Positions 52,469 to 62,378 of a stretch of 64,000 nt of DNA are shown here, piece by piece. This DNA is from Leptolyngbyaceae cyanobacterium (GTDB lineage Bacteria > Cyanobacteriota > Cyanobacteriia > Phormidesmidales > Phormidesmidaceae): NCBI GenBank assembly GCA_965263355.1, contig CBDHHL010000032.1, positions 2,688,001-2,752,000 of the forward strand, given 5' to 3'. Below the pieces are notes generated by a model, which was given only the letters and a program-made list of their open reading frames with translations, was not told where the DNA came from and made no database searches. The number at the start of each line of letters is the position of its first letter. The first letter of the stretch is position 1. The position numbers were made by a program, and so were the translations under genes.

Positions 52469-53752
52469 TTATTGTTTAGGTTGTTGTTGAACGCCTAATA
52501 GCTTTACTAGTGGTGATTTTTTACGTCTCAGTGCAGCCAGATATTTCTCCTCGTCATAGGGTACACCATCTTGCCAACAACGCCAGAGAATTCTCCCCCA
52601 CTTATAGGCCAAGGCTCGAATCGCTTTTTGATGTGACTTACCCTTTAGTCGTTGTTGTTGATAAAACGCTTGTGACCAAACCGAGCGAGGCCTGGCATGA
52701 GCAACCCACTCGACAAAGGTTTGTCTTAGAAAGATGGGGCAAGACCAACGCCAATGAACCCATCGCTTTTTGCCACTCTCTTCTTTGACTGGCGCGATGC
52801 CAATGTAACTCAAAAAAGACTGAGCGCAATTAAAGCGAGTTCGGTCTTCACCAAAGGCCGCTAACAATCGTGGCGCTAAATGAGGCCCAGCCCCTGGCAA
52901 TGCCTTAAAAAGTTCTGCATCCGGCAGCGATTCAAATAACGAGGCAATTTGACGCTCAAACACAATCAATTGCGACAAGACTACTTTCAATAAAGCGACT
53001 AAGCCTTGCATTAACGCTTGGGCTGGAATGGTGATAGCGTCGTCTCGCGTCAAGGGTGGCCCAGCGTCTTGAATTTGCTGAGTTCGCCGTTGAATCGTGG
53101 TTTTGCGAATGATGTGATGGCTACGAAAGAAGTCTCTCAAGACATCAGCTGTAGCAGCTTGAGCCTCTTGTAAATTGGGAAACTGTTCAAGGAATTCACA
53201 AAACGCAATGGTGTCTTTATCTTCAAACCAGTCGAGCACTTGAGGAAAATAGGATTTGAGTGCGGCGGTGATCCGATTCGTCAGCCGGACCTTCTCACCC
53301 ACTAACATGCGACGGGACTCAACCCATTGTCTCAATGCACGATGCTTCGGACAACCTGATGTCCAGATATCAAGTTTTTCACCATGTTTTTGCATCAATT
53401 CGACGATCAGTTTGGCATCGATGGGATCCGATTTGGCCCGCGAGGGCTGAAACGCTTTGCGATAGTTCGCGACCGTTCGAGGATTAACGGGCACCAGCAC
53501 CAAATTCTCGTATTGACATAGGCCATAAAGGAGGGGGCCGCGTTTCTGCTCCAACCCAACCAGCAACTTGGACTCTCCATAGGTTTTTCGTAAGCGATTG
53601 ACCCAATCTGCAATGGATTGGGGCTTGGATTGAATCGTGCAATGCTCCCAGGTTTCGTTCTGGCAGTCATAGAGCGCAATATCATGTTTACGATCTGCCC
53701 AGTCAATCCCGATATAAGCCGCATATGCTGTTGGACTTTGATTGAGTTTCAT
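52469..53752 (-). CDS. IS110 family recombinase/transposase
   Basis: GIDWADRKHD, GLEQ, KSDPIDA (DEDD), LPGAGPHLA, GIAPVKEESGK. Confidence 0.95.
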   Translation of the reverse strand: MKLNQSPTAYAAYIGIDWADRKHDIALYDCQNETWEHCTIQSKPQSIADWVNRLRKTYGESKLLVGLEQKRGPLLYGLCQYENLVLVPVNPRTVANYRKAFQPSRAKSDPIDAKLIVELMQKHGEKLDIWTSGCPKHRALRQWVESRRMLVGEKVRLTNRITAALKSYFPQVLDWFEDKDTIAFCEFLEQFPNLQEAQAATADVLRDFFRSHHIIRKTTIQRRTQQIQDAGPPLTRDDAITIPAQALMQGLVALLKVVLSQLIVFERQIASLFESLPDAELFKALPGAGPHLAPRLLAAFGEDRTRFNCAQSFLSYIGIAPVKEESGKKRWVHWRWSCPIFLRQTFVEWVAHARPRSVWSQAFYQQQRLKGKSHQKAIRALAYKWGRILWRCWQDGVPYDEEKYLAALRRKKSPLVKLLGVQQQPKQ

Positions 53753-53804
53753 TGTGCTAAATTGAGGGTGTTTTTGTTTGACGGAGAGTCTGCCACCAGT
53801 CGCC

Positions 53805-54080
53805 TTGCGAAGTGATTATGGAAAGGGTTATTTCCCTGCTCCCTGAGGATTCGTTGGGCAGCGATTGGACTGGCTTGAAGGGCGATTCGATATGTTAGTA
53901 GTCATCTTCTGACTGGCGCTGCATAGTCGTCCCCCCAAGCTAGCAGATTCTCTCCTTTCTTGACTCTATGCTTTTTTCCAGATTTAGAACATCTAAAGGG
54001 AGGAGCGATACGATATGTTAGTAGACATCTATACTGTCGTCCAATGCATAGTCGTCTCCTCCCATTTTTCTATGCTCGTC
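53805..54080 (-). ncRNA. predicted IS110 bridge RNA with two target loops and one donor loop
   Basis: Hairpins 53998-54063 and 53873-53940 each carry CTAACAT (target). Hairpin 53808-53853 carries CCTCAGGG and CCATAAT (donor junction). Confidence 0.78.
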
Positions 54081-54260
54081 CCCCCATAATCCAGATGCAG
54101 AAGACGGGAGTATGGGCTGGCTTCACTGCCGAGATTCTGGCCCGCTTCTGATCTGGAGCGTTAGGCTGCATCCCATACAGAATCCAGTTCCCTACTGACT
54201 CCTCACTTCTGACTTCTCGCATCGAGAAACCGTCTCGCTTTATATTAATACCCTTGAAGC

Positions 54261-57200
54261 TTATTCCTCAGGGCAAGCTTCACGAATTGCCGCACGTACA
54301 GCATTCGCAAGTAGCTGAACTTGAGGAGATTTCATTATCCTATAGTGATTACCTGGAATATGAACAATACCAAACTCTCCTGTAAGCACTGTGTCCCAGC
54401 CCCGATCATCGGTTTCCTCCTCTGCAGAGCAGAGTATCACTCGACCACCATAGGGTTGCACCTGATATCGTGCTAATGCCGTCTGATTAGCTTTGAAGAT
54501 GCGGAATAGATAGGCCATTTGCGTAGGCGTCATTTCCGGTGGTAGTAAGTTCATCCCCTGGGCAACGGCAAAGAGGTGTTCCAGCTGAGCATTAGGTGCG
54601 AGTTTTGCCAGTTTCAATCGATCTAACGACAGCTCACTATCAAACAAACCATTTAAATCAGTGATTAAAGACTGTAAATCTGCCGTGCCAATTTCCTCTG
54701 ATGTCGCCGATTTTGATGCCTCTATAGGGCTGGCTATTACCTGTGGCGTATAGCTATCAATCAGTACAACAAGCGCTACAGCTTCTCCGATAGATTGAAG
54801 CTGTTGAGCCATTTCTATGGCAATAACACCGCCCATTGACCATCCTGCTAAGTAATAAGGGCCATGGGGTTGAACGCTTTTTAAGGCCTTAATATAAGTC
54901 ATGGCCATCGTTTTAATTGAGTCTAAAGGCGTAACGTTATGATATGGTTCTGGTGATTGAAGACCGTACAGCGGTTGGTCTCGACCCAAATGATGGGCTA
55001 ATTCGGCGTAGCAGAAAACATTTCCACCCACTGGATGAATACAAAAGAGTAAGGGCAAAGTTCCATGGGGCTGGATCGGAACGAGGGGAGAGTGGTCTAC
55101 AATCGCATTTTGGCTGTTCAGTAGTCGAGCTTGGGCTTCAATGGTGGGATCAGTAAAGAGCACTGGCAATGGTAAATTAACTCCCAACTCTTGTTCTACT
55201 TGAGCCATTAGTCGCACCGCTAACAGGGAATGTCCCCCTAGCTCAAAGAAATCATCGTGTACTCCGACACTATCAAGGTTGAGGACTGCCGACCAAATTT
55301 GGGATAGTTGAAATTCTAAAGTGGTACGGGGTGGGGTAAAACTTACAGGAAAAGAGAGATCGACTTTAGGCCGGGGAAGAGTGCGACGATCAACTTTACC
55401 ATTGGGCGTCAAAGGTATTGCCTCCAAACGGATAAATGCACTGGGCACCATATAAAGGGGTAACTTAGTTTTAACGAATTCGCGCAACTGACCAATTGTC
55501 GATTCTCTCTTAGTGACAACATAGGCAATCAGGCGTTTATCTTCTGGGATATCTTCTCGAACAGTAACAACTGTTGAACTGACGTCTGGGTGTGTAGCTA
55601 AAACTGTTTCTATTTCTCCAAGCTCTATACGAAAACCCCGGATTTTAACTTGATTGTCAATTCGGCCCAGAAACTCAATGTTCCCATCTTGAAGATAACG
55701 TGCTTTATCTCCAGTATCATAAAGAATAGCATCTGGGTGAACACTAAAGGGATTTTGAACAAACTTCTGGGCAGTTTTTATCGGATCGTCATACCCCACA
55801 GCCAAACATTCTCCTCCAATATATAAAAAGCCAGGCACCCCTATCGGGCAGGGGGTCAGGCAAGAATCTAAGATATAATACTGTGCATTTTGGATGGGTC
55901 TGCCATAGGGAATGCTGGTTAAATTCTGATTGATAGATTCGATCCGATAATAATTCGACCAAATAGTTGCTTCGGTTGCTCCACCCAGACTGACAAGAAG
56001 AATGCTGGGAAATACTTTCTTCACCTGCTCAGGCAAGGCTACTGGAATCCAGTCACCACTCAAGAAGCCTAACCGGAGGGAACTGTTTGCTATGGATTTA
56101 GATGGCAAGAACGAAATCAATTGTTGAAGGGTTGCTGGGGTAGAATCCCAAAAGGTAATTGACTCCTCACAGAGAATATCAGCCACCTTCCGAGGATCTT
56201 GTAATTCTAAATCTGAAGCTACTCGAATTGACCCACCAGCCGCTAGCAAGCCAAAGATATCGTAAACAGATAAGTCAAAACACAAAGAGGTAACAAACAG
56301 TAGGCGATCGTCAACACTCACATTAAAAGTCTGGTTGACCCAATCAATTAAGTTGACAGCAGATCTATGACGTACGATGACGCCTTTGGGTACACCAGTA
56401 GACCCCGACGTATAGATAACATAAGCCGTATTATTCGGCATTACTGATGTTTCGGGATTTCGAGTGGACATTTGTGATAAATGCCAGTTTGTTGCCCAGT
56501 GTTTCTGTAGTACAGTCAAAGCAACTTGCTGTCTATCATTGCTTTCAGTGTTATGTTTTTTAATGATCACATCGTATCGATAGCGAAGTTCATTTTCAAA
56601 TCCCTGCTCTCGCTTAAGAACCGAAATCTCAGCAATAGGCTCTAATTGAACAGCTAAATCCCAGAAAAATTTCTCATCTACATATAGCTCACTACCCAGA
56701 TTAGTTTTCGCCTGGATAGGGTGTTCACCATCCTGATTAGACCTAAAGGCTATCAATGATTGTTCAAACTCGTCTTTGCGGCGAGCGTCCATGATATCTG
56801 ATAGCAAGATCGCTCCTCCTGGAGCTAAGCGTCTTACAGCAAGATCAAGAACGTGCTGTAAATAAAAAGCTCCTGGGAAAAACTGAACCGTACTCGCGAA
56901 GATAATAAGGTCAAAGGGGCCATCTTCAATGGAACCAATCTCATCCGCAAAAGCCGTCACGAGCTTAATAAAATTCCAATTATTCTCCCGAAGAATCTCA
57001 GCGTTACGTGCTTGAGTGATTTCTGAAGGATCAACACCAACATAGAGATCAACCTCAGGAGCAATTGCGAACATAATTTCTCCTGAACCACAGCCAATCT
57101 CTAGCACTCGTTTCCCGCTTCCAAAATATGGTTTCGCTAATCCAACAACGTGACATTTATACTCATCAACTTCGGACTCGGAAAAAGGCTGACTGGTATA

Positions 57201-60200
57201 GCTGCTAATAAATCCACCTGCCGTGACGCGATCGCTAGCCTGCTGGGCTACCCAATCCCATAACGATCGCACAGCCTTACGATCAATTTTTTCAGGATGG
57301 GGGGTGGGATCATCTATATCCAGGCAGATGACATGGGTTAGTTGTGAGTATTTCCATAGCAACTCTTGTGCAGTTCGCAGGTATTTTTGTTGGGTGATAA
57401 GACAGCTTACTGCTTGGGATGTAATAATCTTTTCTACTCGCGCAATTGGCCATTGAGGATCAAAAGGAATGTAAGCTCCACCGGCTTTTATTGCACCCAT
57501 CACGGCAGTTGGAATATTCGCAGAACGGTTCAAATAGATACCAATCTTCACTTCTGGGCCAACTCCGAGTGTTTGTAAGTAGTGTGCGAGTTGATTGGCG
57601 CGAACGTTTAGCTCCTGATAAGTCAGTTGTCTCTGATTAAACAGAATTGCCACTGCATCTGGACGCTGTTTCACTTGGGCTTCAAATAACTGATGAATGC
57701 ATTTATCCTTAGGGTAAGGGGCTTCAGTTTGATTCCATTCAACCAACAATTGGTGCCGTTCTATAGCCGTGAGCAAGGGTAGTTCTGTCACTGATTGTTG
57801 AGGGTTAGCGACAATCGCCCTCAATAGGGTCTCAAAATGCCCCACCGCTCGCTGAATCGTTGCTGTATCAAACAGGTCTTGATTATATTCCCAATAACCA
57901 ATTAGCCTATTATCCCGTTCCTCCAAGGAGAGAAACAGGTCAAACTTGGCGCGACCACTTTCCATTTGCAGCCACTCAAATCTAATTCCTGGCAGATTTA
58001 AGGGTTCCATGGGTGCATTTTGCAGGGCGAACATGACCTGAAAAAGAGGCGTATGACTGAGACTGCGTTCCGGTTGTAGTGCTTCTATTAACTGTTCAAA
58101 GGGCAAGTCTTGGTGGGCATGGGCATCTAACGCGGTTTGCCGGACTTGGGCCAAGAGTTGAGGAAAGGTCAGATTGTCGTCGAAGCGCGATCGTAACACC
58201 AACGTATTCACAAAGAAGCCAATTAATCCTTCAATTTCACTACGATTGCGGTTGGCAATGGGGGTGCCCACCAAAATATCGGTTTGACCGCTGTAGCGGT
58301 AGAGTAGGCTACTAAAAGCCGCAAACAACGTCATAAAAAGGGTTACCCCTGATTGTTGACTCAGATGTTTAAGCTGTTCCGTAAGGGTATGATCCAGTTG
58401 AAAAAAGATGCGATCGCCTTGATTAGACTGCACCGTCGGTCGAGGATAATCCGTAGGCAAGTCCAATAATGGGGGCGCATCGGCTAACTGTTGCCGCCAA
58501 TACTCCAATTGTGGCGCAAGAGATTGAGCGGTGGCAGGTTGTCGCTGCCAAGCGGCAAAGTCGGCATATTGAATGGCCAGTTCAGGTAAGGGTGAGGAGT
58601 CCCCTTCGATGAATGCTCCGTAGAGCACCTCCAATTCATGGACCAATACTCCCGTAGACCAACCATCGGTAATAATATGATGCATAGTGAGAAGCAACAT
58701 ATAGTCATCCTTCGCCAATTGCATCAACATGACCCGTAACAAGGTATCGTGAGCCAGATCAAAGGGTTGTTGTACCGCATCTTGACCCAGCTGTTGGACC
58801 TCAGCCATTTGTTGTTTTGGCTCAACATGCTGTAAATCTACTATCGGCAGTGGTAAATCTCTATGTGGCGATATTACCCGGAGCGGTTTCCCCTCAACAG
58901 ATTTGAAATTTGTTCGTAAGCTATCGTGTCGTCGGACAATTTCTAGTAGAGCTTGATGGAGTGCCTCCACATGCAGCGTCCCTGACAAACGTAAGCCCTC
59001 CTGCTCATTGTAGGCGACACTCTGGTCTTGTAATTGATCTAAAAACCAGAGACGTTGCTCAGCGAAGGATAGGGGTAAGTCTCCTTGACGGGACATCTGT
59101 TGAATCAGTGTTCGCTCTGAGGGCGTAGGTTTGGATTCGGTGTCCAGAATATCTTGGCTCAGTTGGGCGATGGTAGGAGATTCAAATAACCGATGCAGCG
59201 ACAGTTCCCGTTGGAAAACATCCCGCACTCGTGAAATTAGCTGGGTGGCTTGAATTGAATCTCCGCCCAGCATAAAAAAATTATCCAAAACCCCAATTTC
59301 GTTCAGCCCCAACACGTCGGCCCAAATATTAGCTAATAGCTCCTCCATAGGGGTCCGGGGATTCACCAGCTTGACATCTAGAACAGGACGGGAGCGATCG
59401 GGGGCTGGCAAATGCTGACGATCGACCTTACCGCTGGGGGTAAGGGGCAATTGATCGAGGACCACAAATGCCGAGGGAACCATGTAATTGGGCAGGGTTT
59501 CCGTCAGAAACTGACGCACCTGAGGAATCAGCTGATTTGTTTTCTGGCCACTGTATGGTTGGTTCGCATAGGCGTGCCAAGGTTTGGCCTTATTAGGAAT
59601 CTCACCGGGGGGCTGATCAACGGCTCCATGAGCCCTATCACCCAGGATAACGTTTGTGCCCTGCCGTACAAAGATGACATCGTAGTAGCCCTCATTGCCT
59701 TTACTATCCCAAGTGAGATGAACTTGGTACGGAATTTGATCTTGCAACGTCCACCAGACTTCCGGTTCAATGGCCTTGCTCTTGGCATCGTGTAAGGTAA
59801 TCTCTTGGCGAAGTTCCTTTACCGTTGGGGGACAATGATCCACATTTGACAATAGCGACAGGGCGATAACGTCAGACCCAATTCGGGCATTCGGCACATG
59901 GTTGACCACTAATAGGTCAGGGGTCATGTCCACTAGTTTTTGGCGGATGGCATGGATTGCCTCCTCGCCATCTTCTTCACACCAGTCCAGAAAAACAGGT
60001 GCGGTAGGTGTGGCAAATTCTTTATCGATGTGCAACACCACATCGTAACGAAATCGGGTCAGCTCATTTTGATGATATCCCCGCTTTAGGTGAATGTCTA
60101 CATGGCTAATGCGGGGCAGATAGGCCTTTAATGCTGTGAAAAACTCAGGATCAACCATCAATCGTTGTTCACGGGTGCGACGATCGCGAATACGTCTGCG

Positions 60201-62243
60201 TAGGTCTGCTACCGGGAGAGAATCTGGCGATTGATAGAGCTGCACTGAGGTATGGAACATTTCCAACAACGGTAAACTCAAAATATCTCCCAGGAAAATT
60301 TGTCCGCCTGGTTGAATTCTATCCACTGCGGTTTCAATAACTGACACCAAATAATCAATACTGGGGAAGAATTGAATCACTGAATTAGAGATAGCTGTAT
60401 CAAAGGATGTCGTCACAATCTCTCCCAGGGTATGGGCAGCAGCCTGTTGCAGAACTACAGATGCTGCAACTGAAGGTTCAAGGATTTGACCGGCCTTAAG
60501 TTGTCGCTCTAGATAGCGAATGGCCTCACCGGATAAATCTGTAGCATAGTAGTGTTGACACTTAGGTGCCATGCGAAAAAGCAGTAGCCCTGTGCCACAG
60601 CCAATTTCTAAAAGGCGCTGGGGTTGCAATGATAAGATTCGCTCTACCGTATAGTCCACCCATTCCTGTACATGATTTGGGTCCAGATCTGTGCCTGTGT
60701 AGGAGTCGTTCCAGCCGCCAATGTGAAAATCAGCATCCTGCTCCTGATCAGGTTGAATATAGGCTTCATCCCAAATTTGCCGCCATTGTTCCGTTTGTTC
60801 AACGACATCCTGAGTTGCCTTGACCTTAACCTCAGAGCCGGAAACAACATAGGCTACTAAGCGCTTTTGACCGCTGGGTTCTGCTCGCGCTGTTACAACA
60901 GCTTGGGCAATATCAGGATGTTGTAACAGGGTTGCTTCGATTTCTTCCAACTCAATGCGATAGCCCCGTATCTTAACTTGGTGATCAATACGGCCTAAAC
61001 ATTCAATGGTGCCATCGGTATGGTACCGGGCTAAATCTCCAGTTTTATAAAGGCGATCACCCTCCTCTAAATCAGCGTCCTGGGCAAAGGGACTGGGAAT
61101 AAATTTTTTAGCGGTCAACTCCGGACGATTGAGATATCCTCGAGCGACCCCTATGCCCCCAATGTGCAATTCTCCAACTTCACCAACAGCGACAGGGGTT
61201 TGATTCTCATCTAGAATGTAAGCCTGGGTATTACTAATCGTCCGCCCAATAGGGATGGTCGCATCCGCCGATTGCACCCGATGTATCGTGGCCCATACCG
61301 TAATTTCAGTAGGACCATATAAATTCCACAACGATCCCCCCTTAGGTAATAACTGGGCCGCTAGCTCTGGTGATAAGCGGTCCCCAGTAGAAATGATTTT
61401 CAAGTCACGACACCCTGACCATTTAGCATTCATGAGCATTTGCCAGGTCGCAGGGGTAGCTGACATCACTGTCACACGGTGTTGATGAATCAACTGAATT
61501 AACTGATCAGGATCTTGGGTTGCTGTTTGACTGGCCACGACCACCTTACCGCCAACGGTCAATGGACCAAGCAATTCTGGAACTGAAACGTCGAAAGAAA
61601 TGGTTGTAACTGCAATAGACGTATCCGTGTCCCTTAACCCTGGGCAAATGGCAATCGCCAATAGTAGATTCACCACGGAACGATGAGCGATCTGTACCCC
61701 CTTAGGTTTTCCGGTCGAACCAGAGGTGTAGATAATGTAGGCTAAGTTACTAGGTACAGCAGTAGAAATGGGATTAATGGGAGAATGTTGGCCGATGTGT
61801 TGTTTAGTGCTACCAAGGCAGATTAGTGTAATGTTCTTGGCAAGGTGTATCTGGACATTAGTGGCTGGCGATTGAGTTACAATAATTTTTAGACCCGCAT
61901 CTTGCACCATAAAAGCAAGGCGATCACTAGGATAGGCTGGATCTAAAGGAACATAAGTGCCACCAGCTTTCATGATGCCGAGCATCGCAACGACCATTTC
62001 TAAGGAGCGTTCAATGCAAAGTCCCACCAGTACCTCTGGACCTACCCCCAAGGATTGCAGATAATGGGCAAGTTGATTGGCCTGTTGATTTAATTCCTGA
62101 TAGGTAAGTTGCTGCTCCTCAAAAACCAGTGCCACAGCATCCGGAGCCTGCATCACTTGGGCTTCAAACATTTCATGAATGCATCGATTCCAAGATGTGC
62201 TGGTATCAGTATTGCGCATTTCTGAGGCGTTAGCTTCTTGCAT
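54261..62243 (-). CDS. two-module NRPS: A(MT)-T-C-A(MT)-T-TE
   Basis: YTSGSTGKPKG and YTSGSTGVPKG (A3); LEIGCGTG and LEIGCGSG (MT); GGDS and GGHS (T); HHIITDGWS (C); GWSMGG (TE). Confidence 0.95.
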   Translation of the reverse strand: MQEANASEMRNTDTSTSWNRCIHEMFEAQVMQAPDAVALVFEEQQLTYQELNQQANQLAHYLQSLGVGPEVLVGLCIERSLEMVVAMLGIMKAGGTYVPLDPAYPSDRLAFMVQDAGLKIIVTQSPATNVQIHLAKNITLICLGSTKQHIGQHSPINPISTAVPSNLAYIIYTSGSTGKPKGVQIAHRSVVNLLLAIAICPGLRDTDTSIAVTTISFDVSVPELLGPLTVGGKVVVASQTATQDPDQLIQLIHQHRVTVMSATPATWQMLMNAKWSGCRDLKIISTGDRLSPELAAQLLPKGGSLWNLYGPTEITVWATIHRVQSADATIPIGRTISNTQAYILDENQTPVAVGEVGELHIGGIGVARGYLNRPELTAKKFIPSPFAQDADLEEGDRLYKTGDLARYHTDGTIECLGRIDHQVKIRGYRIELEEIEATLLQHPDIAQAVVTARAEPSGQKRLVAYVVSGSEVKVKATQDVVEQTEQWRQIWDEAYIQPDQEQDADFHIGGWNDSYTGTDLDPNHVQEWVDYTVERILSLQPQRLLEIGCGTGLLLFRMAPKCQHYYATDLSGEAIRYLERQLKAGQILEPSVAASVVLQQAAAHTLGEIVTTSFDTAISNSVIQFFPSIDYLVSVIETAVDRIQPGGQIFLGDILSLPLLEMFHTSVQLYQSPDSLPVADLRRRIRDRRTREQRLMVDPEFFTALKAYLPRISHVDIHLKRGYHQNELTRFRYDVVLHIDKEFATPTAPVFLDWCEEDGEEAIHAIRQKLVDMTPDLLVVNHVPNARIGSDVIALSLLSNVDHCPPTVKELRQEITLHDAKSKAIEPEVWWTLQDQIPYQVHLTWDSKGNEGYYDVIFVRQGTNVILGDRAHGAVDQPPGEIPNKAKPWHAYANQPYSGQKTNQLIPQVRQFLTETLPNYMVPSAFVVLDQLPLTPSGKVDRQHLPAPDRSRPVLDVKLVNPRTPMEELLANIWADVLGLNEIGVLDNFFMLGGDSIQATQLISRVRDVFQRELSLHRLFESPTIAQLSQDILDTESKPTPSERTLIQQMSRQGDLPLSFAEQRLWFLDQLQDQSVAYNEQEGLRLSGTLHVEALHQALLEIVRRHDSLRTNFKSVEGKPLRVISPHRDLPLPIVDLQHVEPKQQMAEVQQLGQDAVQQPFDLAHDTLLRVMLMQLAKDDYMLLLTMHHIITDGWSTGVLVHELEVLYGAFIEGDSSPLPELAIQYADFAAWQRQPATAQSLAPQLEYWRQQLADAPPLLDLPTDYPRPTVQSNQGDRIFFQLDHTLTEQLKHLSQQSGVTLFMTLFAAFSSLLYRYSGQTDILVGTPIANRNRSEIEGLIGFFVNTLVLRSRFDDNLTFPQLLAQVRQTALDAHAHQDLPFEQLIEALQPERSLSHTPLFQVMFALQNAPMEPLNLPGIRFEWLQMESGRAKFDLFLSLEERDNRLIGYWEYNQDLFDTATIQRAVGHFETLLRAIVANPQQSVTELPLLTAIERHQLLVEWNQTEAPYPKDKCIHQLFEAQVKQRPDAVAILFNQRQLTYQELNVRANQLAHYLQTLGVGPEVKIGIYLNRSANIPTAVMGAIKAGGAYIPFDPQWPIARVEKIITSQAVSCLITQQKYLRTAQELLWKYSQLTHVICLDIDDPTPHPEKIDRKAVRSLWDWVAQQASDRVTAGGFISSYTSQPFSESEVDEYKCHVVGLAKPYFGSGKRVLEIGCGSGEIMFAIAPEVDLYVGVDPSEITQARNAEILRENNWNFIKLVTAFADEIGSIEDGPFDLIIFASTVQFFPGAFYLQHVLDLAVRRLAPGGAILLSDIMDARRKDEFEQSLIAFRSNQDGEHPIQAKTNLGSELYVDEKFFWDLAVQLEPIAEISVLKREQGFENELRYRYDVIIKKHNTESNDRQQVALTVLQKHWATNWHLSQMSTRNPETSVMPNNTAYVIYTSGSTGVPKGVIVRHRSAVNLIDWVNQTFNVSVDDRLLFVTSLCFDLSVYDIFGLLAAGGSIRVASDLELQDPRKVADILCEESITFWDSTPATLQQLISFLPSKSIANSSLRLGFLSGDWIPVALPEQVKKVFPSILLVSLGGATEATIWSNYYRIESINQNLTSIPYGRPIQNAQYYILDSCLTPCPIGVPGFLYIGGECLAVGYDDPIKTAQKFVQNPFSVHPDAILYDTGDKARYLQDGNIEFLGRIDNQVKIRGFRIELGEIETVLATHPDVSSTVVTVREDIPEDKRLIAYVVTKRESTIGQLREFVKTKLPLYMVPSAFIRLEAIPLTPNGKVDRRTLPRPKVDLSFPVSFTPPRTTLEFQLSQIWSAVLNLDSVGVHDDFFELGGHSLLAVRLMAQVEQELGVNLPLPVLFTDPTIEAQARLLNSQNAIVDHSPLVPIQPHGTLPLLFCIHPVGGNVFCYAELAHHLGRDQPLYGLQSPEPYHNVTPLDSIKTMAMTYIKALKSVQPHGPYYLAGWSMGGVIAIEMAQQLQSIGEAVALVVLIDSYTPQVIASPIEASKSATSEEIGTADLQSLITDLNGLFDSELSLDRLKLAKLAPNAQLEHLFAVAQGMNLLPPEMTPTQMAYLFRIFKANQTALARYQVQPYGGRVILCSAEEETDDRGWDTVLTGEFGIVHIPGNHYRIMKSPQVQLLANAVRAAIREACPEE

Positions 62244-62378
62244 ATCCTGTACATCTAGTTACTGCAGTATCCTATACTAGGGGATTAGGAGTATGAAGAG
62301 TGTTTTTCATCACTGCATAAAAAAAGGATACAAGACGTCGCCAAAGCACCGTCAAAGACAGGCGGAGATGCCTAACAT

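Larger units (their letters stand above)
52194..54088 (-). mobile_element. complete IS110-family element inserted in attC (AT core on both sides)
   Basis: AT at 52192-93 and 54089-90; transposase inside; right end shared with the second element at 62379. Confidence 0.85.
52185..54166 (+). other. attC site split by IS110 (52185-52193 + 54091-54166)
   Basis: Reconstructed 85 bp: GGCTAAC ATCCA GATGCAGA AGACGGG...CCCGCT TCTGATC TGGAGC GTTAGGC. R''/L''/L'/R' spacing and extrahelical bases are as in attC. Confidence 0.8.
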
